The notes beneath the pieces were generated by a model. The model saw only the letters and a list, made by a program, of their open reading frames with translations. It did no database searches and had not been told where the DNA came from. The position numbers were made by a program, and so were the translations under genes. This document shows positions 55,841 to 64,000 of a stretch of 64,000 bases of DNA, piece after piece (the first letter of the stretch is position 1; every line of letters starts with the position of its first letter). The DNA comes from Candidatus Bathyarchaeota archaeon (lineage in GTDB: Archaea > Thermoproteota > Bathyarchaeia > 40CM-2-53-6). The stretch lies in the NCBI GenBank assembly GCA_963833125.1, contig CAWHWX010000016.1, positions 352,001 to 416,000 on the forward strand. Direction: 5' to 3'.

Positions 55841-56290
55841 GTGCTACTTGCCGTCGTTGTTGCCTGCGTGATTCTGCCATCAGCGAGAGCAACTGTACCT
55901 ATCACCGTGACCATTACCCCGCCAAGTCCATCCGCAAATGCGTCTTTCACAATCTCTGGGCAGTTCGTGGGGTATGGAAGTGGAGTACACTGGATAATGG
56001 ATTTCGGCACAGCTCAGAGTCTGAATCCTTGCGTTCCCCTAAGTTACGGACCTTCGTTTAGTGGAACGACAGGTAGCGGTGGCACATACTCCCAGAGCAT
56101 TTCAGGCCGATCCCCAGGACCTTACACAGTAACCGTAAGAGACGAGTTTGGTGACAACTCTGGTCGCGTCTGTTTCACAATCGGTTTTGGCTCTACATTT
56201 AACATCCCTGAATACCCACTAGGATTACCGATACTCGCAATCCTCACCGTAATCGCATACGGCCTAATCAGACGCAGACCCCGAAACTAA
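55841..56290 (+). CDS. Secreted cargo protein with PEF-CTERM-like anchor (paralog of 55118-55618)
   Basis: Signal SARA|T; CFTI..IPEYPLGL + TM + RRR. Confidence 0.7.
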   Translation: MLLAVVVACVILPSARATVPITVTITPPSPSANASFTISGQFVGYGSGVHWIMDFGTAQSLNPCVPLSYGPSFSGTTGSGGTYSQSISGRSPGPYTVTVRDEFGDNSGRVCFTIGFGSTFNIPEYPLGLPILAILTVIAYGLIRRRPRN

Positions 56291-56542
56291 CTGCTTTTTT
56301 GAGTCAAGTCCTGCCAGTTAACAGAACCTTGCATTGTTAGGTAAGCTCAAGTTGTATAATTCTGGTTAGTCGGTTGCGTCTGGTTAAGCAGTTGCAATTT
56401 TCTGACAAATGGAACGAAGTATGGTTAGGCTAACCATGCGAACCCGATTCCTACGCCTACATGTAAAACCCAGCGAAGCTCTCGCATTATTTGTGGCTGC
56501 TTTTCTCACCTTAACATCAACCCGATTTTCAAAGCATATTCT

Positions 56543-56585
56543 ATCAACCGACAACTTCACGTTTCCTGCGAAAGGGTAACGCGGC
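56543..56585. repeat. Right TIR plus junction repeat C
   Basis: ATCAACCGACAAC-TTCAC-GTTTCC-TGCGAAAG-GGTAAC-GCGGC. Confidence 0.75.
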
Positions 56586-56586
56586 C

Positions 56587-56897
56587 AATTTCCATGAGGC
56601 TTACTTGCAAGAGTTTTGGACGCAGAACAAGGACACTAGAACCGAACATATTCGCCACATTCGGTTAGCAGGAGATCGCAACAACAACCGCATGGAACGC
56701 TTCAACGGAGAAGTAAGTCAACGGCAGAAGGTAGTGCGAACCTTGAAGCGGCCCGATACCCCGATACTATCAGGTTATCGCATTTACCATAACTACGTTT
56801 GATCACACGAAGCCCTAAGTGGAAAGACTCCCACAGAAGCCGCGGAATCCAAATCAGAGGAAAAGACGGATGGATGACACTAATTCAGAACGCAAGA
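56587..56897 (+). pseudogene. DDE transposase C-terminal remnant
   Basis: NNNRMERFNGEV..YHNYV*SHEAL.GKTP..WMTLIQNA, with an in-frame TGA and a frameshift. Confidence 0.8.
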
Positions 56898-56908
56898 AGT
56901 AACTCCGT

Positions 56909-57166
56909 CTAGTTCGAGTCCTCTATCTTCCGAGGAAAAAGCCAAAATCGCTGATTATCAGTTCTTAGCTGATACTTCCACCAGTACAGCAGGACTACCG
57001 TGAGAACGAAAAGCGTAGTGACGGTTATCCAAGCGGCGGCTTCAAAGATATTAGAGGTGAATGTTTGTAGGTTGCGTGAGATAGCGTAGAAGACAGCGGC
57101 ATTCAGAACAATGGTTACAGACAATACCCTCACGAACAGGTGTTCTTTGCTCGTTAATCCTTTCAT
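56909..57166 (-). CDS. Small 2-TM cargo protein
   Basis: MKGLTSKEHLF...LYWWKYQ. Confidence 0.65.
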   Translation of the reverse strand: MKGLTSKEHLFVRVLSVTIVLNAAVFYAISRNLQTFTSNIFEAAAWITVTTLFVLTVVLLYWWKYQLRTDNQRFWLFPRKIEDSN

Positions 57167-57169
57167 CTT

Positions 57170-57361
57170 TCAAGCCCTCCTCCGCACGACAAAATAGGCT
57201 AAGGCCCCCGTCACCCAAGAGATCAACAAACCGACTCCTACGCCGCGGAAATAGGCGTTCCCTAAAATGTATCCGAGCGGAACAAAAATCATGCTCAAGA
57301 CAAACTCAAGCACTACGAGCTTGGCGCATGTAGAGCGCCATTTGTCTTTAGTTTCTGTCAT
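57170..57361 (-). CDS. Small 2-TM cargo protein
   Basis: Two TMs and a basic end. Confidence 0.55.
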   Translation of the reverse strand: MTETKDKWRSTCAKLVVLEFVLSMIFVPLGYILGNAYFRGVGVGLLISWVTGALAYFVVRRRA

Positions 57362-57388
57362 CGCATTTCACGCTTGTCATCAAACGCT

Positions 57389-57640
57389 CTAGGTCTTTGG
57401 GATGTGGCCTGAACTGCGACCCACAAGAAACATGCCGCCGCCAACGAATATTACGCCGAAAAGCACTAGACCGCTGGCAACTAGAAGCCCAAGGTTAAAA
57501 CAGTTAGGGCCCCACCAAGGCGAGCCGCATAGAAAAGTGCTCAGGCCTAAGACAAAAAGCACCCATCCAACAAGAAACACAAAACCCCCCAATACCCCCC
57601 ACGTATTGTAACGGCCGCGCATTTTCACTTCTGTCATCAC
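57389..57640 (-). CDS. Small 2-TM cargo protein with Cys-flanked loop
   Basis: TM-CGSPWWGPNC-TM. Confidence 0.55.
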   Translation of the reverse strand: MMTEVKMRGRYNTWGVLGGFVFLVGWVLFVLGLSTFLCGSPWWGPNCFNLGLLVASGLVLFGVIFVGGGMFLVGRSSGHIPKT

Positions 57641-57824
57641 ATTTCACCCACCATCAATGTGCCGCGTCTCGCTCTTACTGGTTCCCCTGTTTTTCACGAA
57701 TCGAAACATGGTTCCGTGTGCAAACGGCTAGAAACAGTAAGATCGAATCCCACCAAACGAAAGTAAACACCTCCCACCATCACCGAACAGTAACATCGGA
57801 ACCTTACGTGGATTTCACCTAGGA

Positions 57825-57836
57825 GGTAACGTTACC
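57825..57836. repeat. Terminal junction palindrome D
   Basis: GGTAACGTTACC perfect 12-mer; GTAACGTTACC is shared with repeat B. Confidence 0.55.
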
Positions 57837-57859
57837 AAACTTCCTCCAGACCATTCACT

Positions 57860-58883
57860 TCATCCAGCTCGATAGGATTCAATCACTCTGTAAAGCTCAT
57901 CGCGTTCAGATGGCGCAACCTCCCTAACCGCCCCTCCGACCCCTACTAACTTTCTACCCCGGCTCCTCGGAGTCACGGTCCCAATGATTCTCGCTGGAAT
58001 GCCGCGCTGCCTCAGACTGCGTAGGATTCCACTGCTTTTGCGCCTATCCGCCACTATTAGGAGACAACCTGAACTCATCAGACGCAACGGATCCACCCGG
58101 AGAGCGGAGCATATCTCCTTCGTTTCCTGGCGAATCGCAATGCGTGATTCATGAATCACAAAACCCAACCTGGGACGCTTCTGCGAGCTCCCAGACACCC
58201 TGCAACAAGCCTCCCTCGGTGGGGTCATGCATTGCCCTAACTCCACCAGCCCGCACCGCTATCAACGCGTCGTCCACTACGCTGATCTTGTTCCTCAAAC
58301 CCTTAGCCCGTCTCAGAGATCGAGGCCCGATTTTCCGGCGAAGTTTATGGGCAAAGTCAGTGGCGAAAACCGCGGTACCTTCGATCCCGATGGTTTTCGT
58401 CATAATGATCTGGTCTTGTGGGCGTGCGGTGTGTGATGTGACGTAATTCTTTCTCGAGACTACACCAACCATATACCCGATCACGATCGGGCGCCTCAAG
58501 CCAGGCGTAACCTCTGTGTGGCCTCCCACGACGGAGACGCCAATTCCTTTCGCCGCTTTGTCGATTTGTTTCATGATCGTATCGACGAGGGCTATGGTCG
58601 ATCTCTCAGGAAGTAGCAGGTCGCATAGGAACCACTTGGGTTTCGCTCCCCTACAAGCTACGTCGTTGGCGTTCACGTGAACGGCGAGCCATCCAATATC
58701 AAAAGCCGTGCCTGTAACTGGGTCGGTCGTCAAAACCAAAACGTCTTTTCCGAGCGATACTAACGCCGCATCCTCTCCAACCGACGAACCAAGAATCACC
58801 GACCGATCCTTCGCTCCCTTGTAGCGAAACACGCTGCGAACTAGGACTTCAGTTGGGATTTTCCCAGTCCGAAAGAACGTCAT
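57860..58883 (-). CDS. AIR synthase-related/HypE-like protein; frameshift near 58160
   Basis: GEDAA, TTDPVT, NANDVA, GGHTE, MHDPTEGG and DPLRLMSSG. Confidence 0.85.
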
Positions 58884-58956
58884 CTTGCACCAACCGCTAG
58901 ATGCTACATAATCATTTAAGTAATCAATCGAACGCTAGTAAACGCAGGTCGGATTA

Positions 58957-59298
58957 ATGATTAAGTCTATTATGGATATGGCCGTCGTAGTTTCGGACGC
59001 GAAGAAATCGGCGGAATGGTACAAGGAAAAACTCGGCTTAGAAATCAGAGACAACGAGGGACACTGGATCACCCTAGCGCCAAAAGGATCTAACGTGGTT
59101 CTACATCTTTGTGAGACAAAGCAATTGGAACAGGGAAATACCGGCATCGCATTCTCCGTTGACGACCTTGACAAGACGTACAACGAGTTAACTGCCAAGG
59201 GTGTCGAATTCACCACGAAACCAAAGAAGACCGAGTGGGGCAGCCACGCGATGTTCAAGGACCCCGACGGAAACGAGTTCTGGCTCTTTCCCGAGTAG
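58957..59298 (+). CDS. VOC/glyoxalase family protein
   Basis: WYKEKLG, KGVEF and WG..AMFKDPDGNEF. Confidence 0.9.
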   Translation: MIKSIMDMAVVVSDAKKSAEWYKEKLGLEIRDNEGHWITLAPKGSNVVLHLCETKQLEQGNTGIAFSVDDLDKTYNELTAKGVEFTTKPKKTEWGSHAMFKDPDGNEFWLFPE

Positions 59299-59343
59299 CA
59301 GCACCCTTATAGATTATCGGACGTACCACCCAAAGGCGCTGAA

Positions 59344-59538
59344 TTGTTATGCCACCGTCTCCCGCAAAACCCGGGTACAGTGTTCTGTGACAAATGTGGG
59401 ATGGGGAACCCAACTACCAACAAATACTGCTGGGGTTGCGGTAAGTCACTTGCCACATCTACGTGCTCCTACTGCAGCACCGTAAACCCACACTACTCTG
59501 AATTCTGTGGAGCGTGTGGGCGAAAACTACCTGCTTGA
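59344..59538 (+). CDS. Double zinc-ribbon protein
   Basis: Four CxxC pairs. Confidence 0.65.
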   Translation: MLCHRLPQNPGTVFCDKCGMGNPTTNKYCWGCGKSLATSTCSYCSTVNPHYSEFCGACGRKLPA

Positions 59539-59605
59539 TTCATGATCTATCAGCGGGACCTTCGGCTAAGTTATGATCTGGCTGAGAGCCTGTAGGCATT
59601 GAGCT

Positions 59606-60415
59606 ATGAGCCTCGAACGTGATCTTCTCGTTCGGCCGGGGAAGAAGTTCAGGCTAAGAGATCACAATCCTGACGATACCCTAGGCTACAAGAACGACGA
59701 TCAGACGCAGGCGGCGTTGAAGAAGCATCTCCAACGGCTAGAAAAGCTACAATATTTGCTGTATGCTTCAAAGAAATGCGCACTCCTGATCGTTCTTCAA
59801 GCTTTGGATAGCGGGGGAAAGGATGGAACAATACGGCACGTCATGTCAGGCGTCAACCCGCAAGGATGCAGAGTAACATCCTTCAAACAACCAACACCTG
59901 AGGAGGCTGCGCATGACTTCCTCTGGCGAACTCACAAAGCGGTTCCGGAGCGCGGCGAGATAGGGATCTTCAATCGCTCATATTACGAGGATGTCCTTGT
60001 AGTTCGCGTCCACAAGACGGTTCCGGAGTCTGTCTGGTCAAGACGGTACAAGGAAATCAACCGCTTCGAGAAGATCTTGGTAGAGAATGACGTGAAGATT
60101 CTGAAGTTCTACCTTCACATAAGCTCGGGAGAACAGCTGAAACGCTTCAAGCAGAGGCTCGAAGATCCTACCAAGCGTTGGGAACTCTCCCCAACAGACT
60201 TTCAGGAACGAAGATACTGGAAACGGTACATGGCCGCCTATGAGGATATGCTGAACTTCTGCAGCACCGAATGGGCCCCATGGTATTTGATCCCTTCCAA
60301 CCATAAATTGTTCCGGAACTTTGCCGTATCGCACATAATTGTAAAGACACTTGAAGACATGAACCTGAAATTTCCCAAACCTGCCTTTGAGATTTCTAAA
60401 TATCGACGAAAATAG
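59606..60415 (+). CDS. ppk2: Polyphosphate kinase 2 family protein (class III-like)
   Basis: QALDSGGKDG, HDFLWR, FNRSYYEDVL and APWY. Confidence 0.93.
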   Translation: MSLERDLLVRPGKKFRLRDHNPDDTLGYKNDDQTQAALKKHLQRLEKLQYLLYASKKCALLIVLQALDSGGKDGTIRHVMSGVNPQGCRVTSFKQPTPEEAAHDFLWRTHKAVPERGEIGIFNRSYYEDVLVVRVHKTVPESVWSRRYKEINRFEKILVENDVKILKFYLHISSGEQLKRFKQRLEDPTKRWELSPTDFQERRYWKRYMAAYEDMLNFCSTEWAPWYLIPSNHKLFRNFAVSHIIVKTLEDMNLKFPKPAFEISKYRRK

Positions 60416-60444
60416 TTGTCACTGTCTCGTAAACTCTCTTTTTG

Positions 60445-62947
60445 CTAGGCTTCGGGGCTCACTCTTCGGTAGAAGAAGTGCTTCAACGCCTCAGCTAATG
60501 CGAGATAGGTGATTATGAATACTGCCAAGACCAAGTAGAAAGTGAGTGGGGGAATCACGAGGCTGAGTAATCCGCCTATTGGGGTGAATGGTAGCAGCAT
60601 CGGAACGATCACGGTGGCCAGAGTGCTAAAGATCAATGCTTTGCTTGGACGGCTTTTGTAAAATGGGACGTGCCTTGTTCTTATGACGAAAATAATGAGC
60701 GACTGGGTACTTATCGATTCGAGGAACCACGCTGTTTGGAAAAGTGCTGGTGGGGCATGGAATACAAATAGCATGACCCCGAAGGTCAGGTAGTCGAATA
60801 TCGAGCTCACAGGTCCGAAGAACGCCATGAATTGCCGCACGAAATGCATGTCCCATCGACGCGGTGCCTTCAGATATTCAGCGTCGACATTGTCTGTTGG
60901 AATAGCTAATTCAGAAATATCGTAAAGTAGGTTGTTAAGCAGAATCTGCGAGGGTAGCATCGGGAGGAATGGTAGGAACAGGCTCGCGCCGGCTGCGCTG
61001 AACATGTTACCGAAGTTAGAACTCGTGCCCATCATGATGTACTTCATCGAGTTTCCCATCGTCTTCCTCCCTGCCTGAACTCCCTGGGCTAGGACGGTCA
61101 GATCATTTTGCAGGAGGATGATGTCCGCTGCAGCCTTAGCAACATCTACAGCGTTATCGACTGATATGCCCACGTCGGCGGTTCTTATGCTGGGGGCGTC
61201 GTTTATCCCGTCTCCCATGAAACCAACCACGTGTCCGTTCTTGTGGAGAGCTATCATGATGCGGTTCTTCTGGTCGGGTGTGATGCGAGCAAAAATGTTC
61301 GTCGTCTCGACGATTCTTTGGAGCGCGGAATCGCTAGTCTGCCTAAGGTCGTCCCCGGTCACTATGGCGTCGACTTTGATGTTGAGCGTCTCGCAGAGGT
61401 GTCTTGCCACGAACTCGTTGTCGCCCGTCAGGATCTTCAGGGTTATTCCCGATTCTTTCAACATTTGCAGTGAGGCTGTTGCCGTTGGCTTGGGTGGGTC
61501 GGTGAAAGTCAGCAGGCCGACAAAGACCATATCCGTTTCGTCTTTGACCGTGTAGGATGGAGTCTTTTCGACTTGTTTAGTCGCTACGGCGAGTATGCGT
61601 CTTCCTTGCTTACTCATTTCTTCGTATTGGGTGCGTATTTTGTTCTTGATGTCGTCGGTCAACGGAAGTTGTTGGCTCTCGTTTTGGTATAGGCTGCATG
61701 TGCTTAGCATTTCCAGGGTGGCGCCCTTGGAGATCAAGAGTGTCTTGCTTCCGTCGCTTACAATTACGGAGACTCTTCGTCGGACAAAGTCAAACGGTAT
61801 TTCATCAACCCGCGCGTATTTTGTTAGGTCCAATTGTTGGTGCTTGAGTATTGCGTCGTCTAAGGGTGTGCGCACTCCGGCCTCAAGACTGCTGTTGAGC
61901 TGTGCCATCAGCAGAATGTTAGTCGTCTTCTTTGCCGTTGACGTTGAGGTGTGAGGTTAAGTCTATGGCGTTTTGGGTTAGCGTACCAGTTTTGTCTGTG
62001 CAGAGGGTGTCCATGCTTCCGAAGTTTTGTATGGCCGATAGTTTCTTGACTATCACGCCTTTCGCGGCCATCTCCATGGCTCCCTTGGAGAGGTTTATCG
62101 TAACGATCATCGGAAGAAGTTCAGGCGTAAGGCCAACGGCCAGGGCCACGGAGAAGAGTAAGGATGTTAGAATGTCGCGTTTGAACAAAGCGTTGATGAA
62201 GAAAACGAAGACTACGAGGAGAAGGGTAACTTGCATGATGAGGTAGCCGAACTTTTTGAGTCCTCTATCAAACTCGGTCTCAGGTTCTTTGCCAATCAGT
62301 TCCTTCGCGATTCCCCCGTAGGCGGTTGTGCTGCCTGTTTTGGTTATCATCATCGTTGCGGTTCCGCTGACAACTGACGTGCCCATGAACGCCAAGTCGG
62401 TACGGTCGAGGTCTTGCTTCGTTTTGTTATCTGGAGCCGCGTCTTTTTCAGCCGGGAATGATTCTCCAGTCAGCGCAGATTGATCAACGAACAGATCCTT
62501 GACTGACAGAACTGTGCCGTCGGCTGGGACCATGTCGCCAGCTGACAAATACACCAAGTCGCCTGGAACAATATCGGAAACTGGAAGCTCGACCTTTTTT
62601 CCGTCCCTGTTCACTGTGGCAGTTGTGAGGATTCTTGCCCTCAGGGCGGCCGCAGCGTTCTCAGCCTTAGACTCCTGATAGAAACCGAGGACTACGCTCA
62701 TACCGACGACGAAGTAGATTATTGAGGCGTTGACAAGGTCTCCGAGAAAAGCAGAGATGCTGCCCGCGAACACAAGTATGATGACTAGGGGGCTCTTGAA
62801 GTAAGACAGAAACATCGAAACTCGGGATCGTTTCTTACTACCGACTACAACGTTAGGGCCGTACGTCTTCAGACACTTCTCTGCTTCCTCCTGAGTCAGT
62901 CCACTAATAGTGGCGACAGCGACTTCGCTCATTGCTAACGGAACCAC
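60445..62947 (-). CDS. mgtA: Mg2+-transporting P-type ATPase; frameshift near 61915
   Basis: TGES, LTPELLP, DKTGT, GDGIND, SSNFGNMFS and NLLYD. Confidence 0.9.
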
Positions 62948-63112
62948 GAAAGCTTAGGTTCTAACAGGATATGAAACTTTCATGTTTGAGGACGGAACTC
63001 TGATTGTTAGTCGTCGAAGGTCCTTGCGTTGCGCTAATGTAGAACGCATTGATTTCGGTATAACTTTGCGTAGCGAGCTGCTCATATTGCTGAGTGTTAA
63101 TGCCACCAGGCT

Positions 63113-63980
63113 TTGGGGCTCAGGATGAATTCAACCGTTTCCATCGTGTTGGCCTTATCTGCGATGGCGGGGTTCGGCGTAGCCGACTTCTTCACAAAAG
63201 TCATACTTTCCAAAGCGCCTGCGCTCAGAACTGCCTTGATCTCACAGGGAGTAGGTACTGTCCTGTTTCTCGGAGTGTCGTTATACTTCGACTTCGGAGT
63301 TCCAAGTAATTCTGTCATTTATCTGACTCTGCTATCTGGTGTACTGTCTGCAATCGCCCTGTGCAGTTATTACGTCGCCTTGAGTCTTGAGAAGGCCAGT
63401 CTAGTCTGCGCCAATTTTTGCATGCCTAAACGTCGTCGCGGTGGTCCTCTCTATTTCTCTCCTAGGAGAAAGATTATCAATTCTCCAGCTTTCGCTAATA
63501 GTATGCGTTCTCGCGGGGATTCTGCTCGTAGCGTTCGAAAGATCAGCCAATCCGTCAAACAGATTGGGTATCGCATTAGCCTTACTTGCAGCTCTTTTGG
63601 CAGGCGGTAATACAATAGTCCAGAAATTGATTGCTAACGGCGATCATTTTCTGATGAGCTTTTCCTTAACCCGTGTCTTCATGATGGGTTTCATGCTTGC
63701 AATATTGTTGACCTTCCGAGAAACCAAGAGGGGCATGACAGCAACAAATTATCGAAATATTGGGCTGCTAGGTATAATTGATGTTACCTCCTTCTTCGCT
63801 TGGTATCTCGGGCTTCATTTCGGCTTAGTCGCGATTGTGACGCCAATAGCAAACTCATCGCCCGTACTAACAGTAATTCTCGCCCATCTCTTCTTGAAAG
63901 AACGAATCGGCCTGTACCAAAGGCTTGGTATCATTGCAATCTTGGTAGGAATCACGACTCTCGTCGCCATTTCGCAGTGA
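63113..63980 (+). CDS. EamA/DMT family transporter; frameshift near 63410
   Basis: Two EamA halves (LGERLS, LKERI). Confidence 0.85.
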
Positions 63981-64000
63981 TCATCAGACATTCCGAATTG

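Larger units (their letters stand above)
54388..57836. mobile_element. Tandem array of decayed DDE (IS6-like) elements with cargo genes
   Basis: Five transposase fragments, three TLIQNA C-termini, TIR GTTGTCGGTT/AACCGACAAC and palindromic junction repeats. Confidence 0.7.

Noticed and set aside
56797-56805. In-frame TGA as selenocysteine or readthrough
   Set aside because: It lies in a truncated, frameshifted transposase remnant at a probable Arg (CGA) codon.
54388-57836. CRISPR array or classical integron
   Set aside because: Inter-repeat distances are 0.5-1.3 kb and the repeats are degenerate. There are no cas or intI genes and no attC RYYYAAC...GTTRRRY stem geometry.
57860-58883. Evidence for a hydrogenase
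   Set aside because: It is a stand-alone AIR-synthase-like paralog with no other hyp or hydrogenase genes nearby and no C-terminal PRIC motif.
386-63318. Numerous short antisense or overlapping ORFs in the track
   Set aside because: They are shadows of well-supported genes and have no motifs of their own.
431-63980. About 20 frameshifted genes read as pseudogenes or programmed frameshifting
   Set aside because: Breaks hit essential genes (mcm, cdc6, purB, rfcL), leave motifs intact and lack consistent slippery sites. Long-read indel error is the parsimonious explanation, and short-read polishing would settle it.

Overview
This is a ~50% GC archaeal chromosomal window. Protein content (Cdc6/Orc1, MCM, GINS23, RFC, Hel308, parvulin, PGF/PEF-CTERM-like anchors) fits a TACK lineage such as Bathyarchaeia or a basal Nitrososphaeria; that taxonomy is inference. 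About 20 genes, including essential mcm, purB and cdc6, are split by small frameshifts, most likely long-read indel errors, so split ORFs are merged below. Layout: (1) 1-10.8 kb: two F420-type redox genes, mscL, an APC permease, kdpABC, amt and a UbiE-like methyltransferase. (2) 10.8-28.7 kb: a copper/respiratory island with a DOMON heme-b/Rieske/cytochrome b module (CbsA-SoxLN-like), three cupredoxins, a CtaG-like protein, a CopC-CopD-propeller fusion, NikR-like plus ZnuABC-type genes sharing a candidate operator, and a ZIP transporter. (3) 28.9-37 kb: surface proteolysis and uptake, with a large subtilase, a circularly permuted peptide-binding protein and an M6-DUF192 fusion. (4) 37-54.2 kb: housekeeping and a replication cluster ending in cdc6. 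(5) 54.3-57.85 kb: the most unusual element, a tandem array of decayed DDE-transposase remnants with small paralogous membrane/surface cargo genes. Its junctions carry a ~30-34 bp palindromic repeat (GTTACC-N8-GGTAAC) abutting a 10-13 bp terminal inverted repeat. (6) 57.9-64 kb: an AIR synthase/HypE-like gene, VOC, ppk2, mgtA and EamA. No rRNA, tRNA or CRISPR array was recognised.
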